A stretch of 62,545 nt of DNA, counting the filler. It is 5 parts of 5 records of this genome, joined end to end, with 100 filler letters (N's around TTAATTAATTAA, not from the genome) between each part and the next. Parts side by side here need not be neighbours in the genome. Positions count along the whole stretch, not along the records: positions 55,660 to 62,545 come from SRR31156797_8545; 4 more parts are not named here. One strand, given 5' to 3'. The notes under the pieces were generated by a model. It had not been told where the DNA came from. It did no database searches and was given only the letters and a program-made list of their open reading frames with translations. The position numbers were made by a program, and so were the translations under genes. Positions within the stretch are counted from its first letter, which is position 1. Each line of letters begins with the position of its first letter. Of this stretch, positions 55,687-62,545 are shown one piece after another.

Positions 55687-57117
55687 TTACTTGGCCTTGT
55701 AAAAACTACTGTAAGCCTTGCATGTCATGTAAAGGTCCGCCTTGGACGATACTTCAAAAGGGGCGTGCATGGCCAGCAGCGAAGGACCGCAATCCACGAT
55801 TTCCATGCCGTATTCCGCCAGGAACATGGCCACGGTTCCTCCTCCGCCTTCGTCAATTCTGCCCAGCAGGCTGGATTGCCAGACAATATCGTCCGCCTTG
55901 AAAATGCCGCGCAGCCAGCCCATGAATTCCGCCGAAGCTTCGGAAGCCCCGTATTTGCCGCCGCTGCCGGTGTACTTGGTGAGGCAGGGCCCGTAACCCA
56001 GCCTGGCTGCATTGTTTTTTTCATGAACTTCCTGGTAATCGGGATCAAGTGCGCCTTCCACGTCCCCGGACAGGGCCTTGGTGTTGATAAGCGTTTTTCT
56101 TATGGCCGCAAAGGTGGGGGCTGCGCCCTGTTTTTCCATCAGGTCGGCAATAAAGGCTTCCATGAACTTGGATTTTGCTCCCGTGGCCCCGTCGCTGCCT
56201 GTTTCTTCCCTATCCATGAAAACGGCCGCGCACGTGTATTCAGGGTTTTTTAAATTCAGCAGGGCGTGGAGGCTGCTATAGGCGCAGATACGGTCGTCCT
56301 GGCCATATCCGCCAATAAGGCTGCGGTCGAGGCCTACGTCGCGGGCCCGTCCGGCAGGCACGGCCTGAAACTCGGCGCTGATAAAATCGTCTTCCTGTAA
56401 TCCCCATTTCTTTTCCAGGAGGTCCAATATTGCCAGTTTAAATCGGGATTTGACTTCGTCATCGCCCAGAGGCAGCGACCCGACGAGCAGATTTAGTTTT
56501 TCGCCGGGAAATGCTTCCGTCACTCTTTTTGAAGTTTGGACCTTGCGGGCCAGGTGGGGCAGAAGGTCGGCTATGGTCAAAACAGGATCGTCATCGTTTT
56601 CGCCTATGACCAAATCCAGGGTCCGGCCGTCATCCTTAACCACGTAGCCGTGAAGAGCCAGGGGCCGCGACAGCCATTGGTATTTTTTTATACCGCCATA
56701 GTAGTGGGTTTTAAGAAAGGCCAGGTCCACGTCTTCATACAATGGTTTCGGCTTCAGGTCCAGGCGCGGGGAGTCGATATGAGAAGCAATCAGCCTCATA
56801 CCGTCCGTCAACGGCCTTCGGCCCTGCACTGCAAGGACCGTGAATTTACCCATCCAGACGCCGTAAAGCAGCTTTCCATTTCCCTTGGCTTCAAAACTGT
56901 TAAAGCCTTTTTTTTCGGCCCTGGCGACTATCTGAACCGCGGCCTTGCGCTCTGTTTTGGCGGAATCCAAAAACGCCATATAATCCCGGGCAATGGATTC
57001 CACATCTTTTCGCTCGCTTTCATTCAATTCATCCCAAACCAGCCTCGGTTTGGAAACCAGTTTCTTTTCCAGTTTCTTTATTTCAGCCTTGGTCGGCTGT
57101 TTAACGCCTTTAGTCAT
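55687..57117 (-). CDS. M18-family aminopeptidase
   Basis: SHIDSPRLDLKP, THYYGGIKKYQW, GQDDR, DREETGS, MHAPFE. Confidence 0.93.
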   Translation of the reverse strand: MTKGVKQPTKAEIKKLEKKLVSKPRLVWDELNESERKDVESIARDYMAFLDSAKTERKAAVQIVARAEKKGFNSFEAKGNGKLLYGVWMGKFTVLAVQGRRPLTDGMRLIASHIDSPRLDLKPKPLYEDVDLAFLKTHYYGGIKKYQWLSRPLALHGYVVKDDGRTLDLVIGENDDDPVLTIADLLPHLARKVQTSKRVTEAFPGEKLNLLVGSLPLGDDEVKSRFKLAILDLLEKKWGLQEDDFISAEFQAVPAGRARDVGLDRSLIGGYGQDDRICAYSSLHALLNLKNPEYTCAAVFMDREETGSDGATGAKSKFMEAFIADLMEKQGAAPTFAAIRKTLINTKALSGDVEGALDPDYQEVHEKNNAARLGYGPCLTKYTGSGGKYGASEASAEFMGWLRGIFKADDIVWQSSLLGRIDEGGGGTVAMFLAEYGMEIVDCGPSLLAMHAPFEVSSKADLYMTCKAYSSFYKAK

Positions 57118-57146
57118 AGTCGCTTACTCCTGATCCATTGAGATTC

Positions 57147-57914
57147 TCATAAAAACTTACTACAGAATTCCGCTGCATTTTTTCCCAGTTCAGGCAGATA
57201 GTAACCCCCTTCCAAAAGAGCGAATCTTCTGCCGTTACATAATCTTTCCGCTGTTGAACGAACCAGTCGCCCTATTTCGCCGAAATCGCTCGTTGTCAAT
57301 AAACCTCCCCAGTCGAACTCGCCAATGTCGAATCCGGCCGACACGCCTATAATATCAATGGAATCAATTTCGGCCAGGGTTTTATGCACTTCGGCCATAT
57401 AATCTTCACGGGCTCCGACAACCCCGGGATTAAAAACCTTAACCCGGTTGTCGCCCTCAAAATAATTATCCGTGCCGTCGCCGAAATGCAGATCGAAATC
57501 CAGAACCAGGGCGGTATTGACCGCACCCTGGTCAAGCAGGGCGGCCAGGGCGACAGCCATGTTATTAAAAAAACAAAATCCCCAGTAATGGTCCGGGCTT
57601 GCATGATGGCCGGGCGGCCGGATCAGGCCGAAGGCCGGACGTCCGGCCACAGCCTCTTCCGCGGCTTTAATGGCGCCGCCGGCGGCCAGCAGAGCGACCT
57701 CAAAAACATCATCGCCTTCCCTGCGAACAGAGTCCAGCAAACTTTGGGTATGGACTTTCAGTATATCGGCCGTTTGGGCGGGGGTGGGACTGATGATTTC
57801 GTAGTCACGGCCTAATTCGGAATAAATGACTTTTATTCTGTCCGGGCATTCAACCTGGACGGTTGGATAGTCTTCCAGGAAACGGGGATGGTAAATTACA
57901 ACCGGTTTGTTCAT
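57147..57914 (-). CDS. Histone deacetylase-family protein
   Basis: RPPGHHA, GFCFFNN, DFDLHFGDGT, SAGFD, LEGGY. Confidence 0.93.
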   Translation of the reverse strand: MNKPVVIYHPRFLEDYPTVQVECPDRIKVIYSELGRDYEIISPTPAQTADILKVHTQSLLDSVRREGDDVFEVALLAAGGAIKAAEEAVAGRPAFGLIRPPGHHASPDHYWGFCFFNNMAVALAALLDQGAVNTALVLDFDLHFGDGTDNYFEGDNRVKVFNPGVVGAREDYMAEVHKTLAEIDSIDIIGVSAGFDIGEFDWGGLLTTSDFGEIGRLVRSTAERLCNGRRFALLEGGYYLPELGKNAAEFCSKFL

Positions 57915-57980
57915 ATTTCCCTACCTCCCTGCAGACCGTTCGGAATGCTTATTTTCTCAATACCGGTTACACTTTCTTAA

Positions 57981-58712
57981 TTATTTCACTGCCTCTCCGG
58001 ATGGAGTTGTCAGGCGGTCCCAAAGCCAGGGGCTGTCCTGGATCGCGCCCGGCAAAGTTTTGAAATTAATGTTCCGGTCATGGGTCATTTCAACAAGACA
58101 ATTATACTCGATATTATTGTTTTCGTTCAGGATGCGTTCCGATTTATTAAGAAATATTTTGCGCTTGACCGCTCCAAGGTAAACAAACCGGTCCGGTTTA
58201 ATAATTGCCGTGACAAGAGGTCTTTGAGCAGCAGCCCATATTTCCCGGCACGGCGACTTGTCATTCGATGAGATTCGATTTTCAATAACTATTCTTACCT
58301 GACCCTCAATTTCGGGAATCCAGGCCAAAAAAACTCCTTGCCCGATGTTTTTAAACACCACCTTAATATCATTCGGGAGTATGCGCCCCGTGTATTTGGC
58401 GCTATCGGCAGGGGCCAAATCAATGACATCTTTTTTGTCGTGTATCATTATTGTTTTTTCATACAAGACCAAACCGGCTGTAGCTTTACGCCAGTGGGGC
58501 GGAGGCGGCAGTTCGGGCCCCAAGGCCTTGATCCGACATCCCGCGGCCGAAAAGACAAGAATTAATAATATGATTAACACAGCCGGGACACAAATCCGCA
58601 GCTTTCGTTTTAGTGTGTATTTCGGCATAAGGGAAACTATACCATAAAGTAAAAAAGGACTGAAAATCTTATCAACCCCCGCCGAGTTGATCAGATGCCA
58701 TAAGGGCTTCAA
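57981..58712 (-). CDS. Hypothetical protein, possible lipoprotein (true start may be ATG 58628)
   Basis: Basic N-region, hydrophobic stretch and AAGC lipobox-like motif. Confidence 0.5.
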   Translation of the reverse strand: MKPLWHLINSAGVDKIFSPFLLYGIVSLMPKYTLKRKLRICVPAVLIILLILVFSAAGCRIKALGPELPPPPHWRKATAGLVLYEKTIMIHDKKDVIDLAPADSAKYTGRILPNDIKVVFKNIGQGVFLAWIPEIEGQVRIVIENRISSNDKSPCREIWAAAQRPLVTAIIKPDRFVYLGAVKRKIFLNKSERILNENNNIEYNCLVEMTHDRNINFKTLPGAIQDSPWLWDRLTTPSGEAVK

Positions 58713-58714
58713 TG

Positions 58715-61333
58715 CTATATTATTGTCGGGATATTTGCAACCGGGTCCTGATTTTGGGAGGCGGTATTTTCATCAAGTACTTTTCGAACCGTCTTTAACA
58801 AATGAGTCAATCGATACGGCTTGCGAATAAAATCCCTGGCGCCGAATTCCAGGGGATCTTCCGCTTCACGCGCCGCGGTGTACCCGCTGGCGATAACGAC
58901 ATTCACATTCGGATTCAAGGCTTTGAGTTTTTTAAGACACTTTCTCCCTCCCATGCCGGGCATGCCCAGGTCCATAAGAAAAAGATCTATATTCGCCTTT
59001 GATTCTTCGTATGCCGACAGGGCTGCTTCGCCGCTTGGGCAGGTTAAAACCTTATAGCCGTTTCTTTTCAGGATTTCAGCGGCGACTTCCCTTACGGCCT
59101 GTTCATCATCCACAACCATTATGGTTTCGGAGCCTCCGTTAAGCGGGTAATCTCCAGAGGCTTCGGATACTGTGGAAGCCTTATCGTCAATAGCCGGCAT
59201 ATAAACTTTAAAAGAGGCGCCGCTGCCGGGTTTGCTTTCGCAGGTTATATGCCCGCCGTGGTTTTTAACAAGCCCGTAAACCATGGCCAAGCCAAGTCCC
59301 GTTCCTTTGCCGACCTCCTTGGTTGTATAAAAGGGATCAAAAATATGTTCCATGGTTTGAGGATCAATACCCGGTCCGTCATCCGATATGTCCAAGCAAA
59401 CATAATCCCCGGGAGCGGCTTCCATGTTCAACCCGCAGTGTTCTTCATCCAGGACCGCTCTTTTGGTTTCTATTTTCAGATTGCCGCCTTCCGGCATGGC
59501 GTCACGGGCGTTGATGCACAGATTCATGATAATCTGTTCTATCTGGGCCGGGTCCGCATTTACACTCATATTGGAATTATCCAACCTGATATCAATGTTG
59601 ATCATTTTAGGGAATGTTCTTTTAAGCAGGCCGAACACCTGGCGAACTTCATTATTTACGTCCAAAGGTCGAAGTCTGCTTTCCAGCTTTCTGCTGAAAG
59701 TCAGAAGCTGCCTGATCAGTTGGGACGCCCTTTCCACAGCCCGTTCAATTCCCTTTAAAGCCCTTCTGTCAGCTTGTGATTTTTGACCGTCAAGCAGAAG
59801 TATTTGGGTATATCCTTCAACAGCTTGCAGTAAATTATTGAAATCGTGCGCTATACCGCCGGCAAGCGTTCCTACCGATTCCATTCTCTGGGCATGCTCC
59901 AGTTGGCTTCTAAGTTCTTTTTCCGTACTAATATCGACAATGAAGCATAAGATAGCCGACTCGCCATTATAGTCGATTAAAGTCGGATAGTTGATCACCG
60001 GGAATAATTCACCGTTTTTTTTCATACCGGTAAATTCGTGAAAGTGAGGAATGTCCAGGCCGGCGATACGATCCTGCTGCCTTTGTATAATCAGGTCCCG
60101 GTCTTTGGGTGCATATAGTAATTCAACCTGCAGATCGACTATCTCTTCAGCCCGGTCGTACCCGAAAATCCTCGTCAAGGCCGGATTGGCGTAAACATAT
60201 TTCCCGTTTTTATTAATCCGGATGCCGATTGGAGAAGATTCGATGATAAGTCTCATCTTTTCCTCGGAAGCGACAAGGGCTTCCTCGGTTTGCCTTCGAA
60301 CCTCTATTTCCCTGGCCATGTCCTTATTGGCCATCTCAAGCTTGCGACTCAATTCTTCCAGGTGAAGGGTTTGCCCGGCCAACCGGTTTACCTGATGGAT
60401 AATAAACTTTAAGATCACAACATCTAGAATCAGGCAGAAAAGAACAATGGCCAGCCAATAGTTCAAAGCCCGGTAAAAAGAAGCCAGGGCTTCCTTTTTG
60501 CTCTTTCCAAATACAACGATAAGCGGCAGATTACCCAGAGCCTTATAACCGACTATCAGCTTGTCCCTGTCCCAGGGAGAAGACGTCTCATATATTCCAC
60601 TGCCGGAAAACGGCAGATATTTTATAAAAAGAGGCAGATCGGGCATGGGTTGACCGATTGAATCGATTTTAAATGGGTAACTGGCCAGCAAGGTTGTATC
60701 TTCTATCAAAACCGCTCCGCGATCATTTCCGTCCGCGGCAACGGATGCGAAAAGGCCTGTAAAATAAAGCGGATCAATCAATGCTATTACAACGGCTGAA
60801 ATGTCGCCGTCATTATTTCTCACCGCCCTCGATAAAGGAACAACCGGAGAATCCCCGATGATCCCCCTAACAGGCCGCCCAATGTACAGGCCGGTTGTTT
60901 TATTGTTTTTTTGGTTTTCAAAGCAGGCCTGCAAGTTGATGGACTTGCACTTTAAGGCCTTTCCTCCATCCGTACTCAAAACAATCCGCCCTTCGGGGTC
61001 GGCGACAATCAGGCATTTCAAATGAGATAGTTTTTCAAGGTCCATCTCCATAACGCCTTTAAGAGTATACTGGTTTAACCCCTGAAGTTTAACCCTATAG
61101 GCGGAAGCCCTTAACAGGGCGTCGACGCCCTCAAGGGCCATTATTACGTGGTCGTGTAGAAAATCGGCGTTACTCTTCGCCTCATTTTTTGCATTTTTTA
61201 TACCGGTCCGGTATTCATAGTACAGGACAGACACAGATCCGGTAATTATGATTAATGCGAGGAAGACCCCGCCCATAAAAATCAATCTTTTTATAAATCG
61301 GGAACTATGGCCGGCGACAGGGGAGTAATGCAT
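58715..61333 (-). CDS. Hybrid sensor histidine kinase (Cache-like, PAS, HisKA, HATPase, REC)
   Basis: Two TMs, AGGIAHDFNNLL, NARDAM, FYTTK, GTGLGL, VVDDE..MDLGMP..KP. Confidence 0.93.
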   Translation of the reverse strand: MHYSPVAGHSSRFIKRLIFMGGVFLALIIITGSVSVLYYEYRTGIKNAKNEAKSNADFLHDHVIMALEGVDALLRASAYRVKLQGLNQYTLKGVMEMDLEKLSHLKCLIVADPEGRIVLSTDGGKALKCKSINLQACFENQKNNKTTGLYIGRPVRGIIGDSPVVPLSRAVRNNDGDISAVVIALIDPLYFTGLFASVAADGNDRGAVLIEDTTLLASYPFKIDSIGQPMPDLPLFIKYLPFSGSGIYETSSPWDRDKLIVGYKALGNLPLIVVFGKSKKEALASFYRALNYWLAIVLFCLILDVVILKFIIHQVNRLAGQTLHLEELSRKLEMANKDMAREIEVRRQTEEALVASEEKMRLIIESSPIGIRINKNGKYVYANPALTRIFGYDRAEEIVDLQVELLYAPKDRDLIIQRQQDRIAGLDIPHFHEFTGMKKNGELFPVINYPTLIDYNGESAILCFIVDISTEKELRSQLEHAQRMESVGTLAGGIAHDFNNLLQAVEGYTQILLLDGQKSQADRRALKGIERAVERASQLIRQLLTFSRKLESRLRPLDVNNEVRQVFGLLKRTFPKMINIDIRLDNSNMSVNADPAQIEQIIMNLCINARDAMPEGGNLKIETKRAVLDEEHCGLNMEAAPGDYVCLDISDDGPGIDPQTMEHIFDPFYTTKEVGKGTGLGLAMVYGLVKNHGGHITCESKPGSGASFKVYMPAIDDKASTVSEASGDYPLNGGSETIMVVDDEQAVREVAAEILKRNGYKVLTCPSGEAALSAYEESKANIDLFLMDLGMPGMGGRKCLKKLKALNPNVNVVIASGYTAAREAEDPLEFGARDFIRKPYRLTHLLKTVRKVLDENTASQNQDPVANIPTII

Positions 61334-61539
61334 TTTTTTTTCGCAATAGCTGAGCCTCTTTGATCATTAAATGGGGCTGAGGGCAGTTAAGGGCAAGTAA
61401 GATTCCAAACGTTTTGTCCATCACAACATCCAAATACAGCAAGTCGGCGGACTATATCGCCATGTCATCGTACAGTCAATGTCTTAATAGCCAGTCGGGG
61501 ATGACAGAATTTAATAGTGCGGGATTTCAAGCATTTTCT

Positions 61540-62265
61540 TTATTGGAAAAGTCTGTTTATTAAAAAGTCCCGGCCCAGCACCAGAAGCTCCTCCTCGGTT
61601 TCCAAGGCCGCTTCTATTCTTTCCCTGCCGAACCAATCGGTCATTTCCGGCTTCAAGGCAATCTCCTTGAAAACATCGACATTATAGAGAGAGGCGATCA
61701 CGGCATGTATTTGCGGCGGCGTCAGTTCCAGGCGCCCCCGCCTTTTCGGGTGGAATAAGAGAGGAATAAGCTGGTCGGCGGCCGTATGGTACGGCTCCAA
61801 CTCCTGGTCGAGAGTCCATGTTTCGGTTGTATGTTCCCGGTCCTGATCCCAGCCAAGGCAATTATTAGTTTCCTGACAAAGAAAAACTTCGTTCGGCTTT
61901 CCGGATTCACCGACGCTGGAGACGGCCCTGGCCAGCGGGTATATTCTGCAGGCGGCCGGGCGATGCAAGTACACTTTGCAACCGGAAGGCGAGACAAAAG
62001 GGCATCGCCCCTGTTCGTCCAGGCGCAGCCTCAAGGCGGGCCATCCCGAGTTGGGATCAAATTCCAGTTCTACATAACTTTCAAGTATTTTTGCCGATGA
62101 TTCATGTAAAGCGCGCCGGAGTCGCAAAACATCGTACGGCCATAGCGGCAACCGCTTATCGCGACAACAGGAATTAAAACAATCAAGGTCGGGGCCGCAG
62201 GCAAAGGTGAAAGTTTCGCCCTTTGCCAATTTCCGTCCGCAAAGATGTTCTTCATTTTCGATCAT
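61540..62265 (-). CDS. YkgJ-family cysteine cluster protein
   Basis: C....CFNSCC, CPFV...GC.VY..RP.ACR.YP, C.G. Confidence 0.88.
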   Translation of the reverse strand: MIENEEHLCGRKLAKGETFTFACGPDLDCFNSCCRDKRLPLWPYDVLRLRRALHESSAKILESYVELEFDPNSGWPALRLRLDEQGRCPFVSPSGCKVYLHRPAACRIYPLARAVSSVGESGKPNEVFLCQETNNCLGWDQDREHTTETWTLDQELEPYHTAADQLIPLLFHPKRRGRLELTPPQIHAVIASLYNVDVFKEIALKPEMTDWFGRERIEAALETEEELLVLGRDFLINRLFQ

Positions 62266-62545
62266 TGTGTTTTTCCAGCTTATTCATATCATTACCAGTC
62301 CCGCGATACACGGGCGATCAATTAACCGGTCCGGCGCGGTTTTTTCGACATTAACTGGTTATCCTGTTACTGCCTGATAGTCAAGGCCGGTATTTACCTT
62401 TCGGGGCGACATGGGACCACAGCTATAAGATTCTATTATGGATCCAATGCAAACTAATCCGTGTGTTCTCTTTTCAATTAGCTATAGTGTTTCTCAAAAA
62501 TATTTTCCAAGCAGACAGGGCCTAAGAAGGGCACGGCGCGCCGTG

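Noticed and set aside
57147-57914. Short HDAC as an inactive or novel variant
   Set aside because: All catalytic and Zn-binding motifs are present; compact prokaryotic members are ordinary

Overview
The window is five unrelated contigs joined by 100-bp N44-TTAATTAATTAA-N44 spacers, so gene context must not be read across 7455-7554, 28594-28693, 36467-36566 or 55560-55659. Contig 1 (1-7454, very AT-rich) is a signalling locus: an atypical OmpR-type regulator (pseudo-receiver, winged helix, degenerate class III cyclase-like domain, unknown C-terminal domain), an MCP, a single-domain receiver and two hypothetical genes. Every intergenic promoter region on it carries the same motif, TGATACA-N4-TGATACA-N9-(-10 box), seven copies on both strands. 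This candidate regulon is the strongest new signal. Contig 2 (7555-28593, GC-rich, Deltaproteobacteria-like) has ffh (partial), a nucleoside phosphorylase, DUF1786, ligA, acyP, a lipoprotein, murA, comEC, tamA/tamB, an FAH hydrolase, a C-GCAxxG-C-C protein, and a PAS sigma54 activator with enhancer sites and a -24/-12 promoter ahead of an aldehyde:ferredoxin oxidoreductase. Contig 3 (28694-36466, AT-rich) has a decayed Rhs toxin remnant with a probable immunity gene, an acidic lipoprotein, and glgM-like(partial)-glgE-glgC-glgA. Contig 4 (36567-55559, Bacteroidales-like) has padR-pspC with a structured leader, a DksA/TraR-like gene, lysC, fbp, a MalY/PatB enzyme, LytTR plus a large sensor kinase, lipoproteins, a frameshifted gene and a T9SS cargo. 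Contig 5 (55660-62545) has an M18 aminopeptidase, an HDAC-family protein, a hybrid kinase and a YkgJ-family protein. All calls come from reading motifs by eye; no database searches were run, and taxonomy is inferred.
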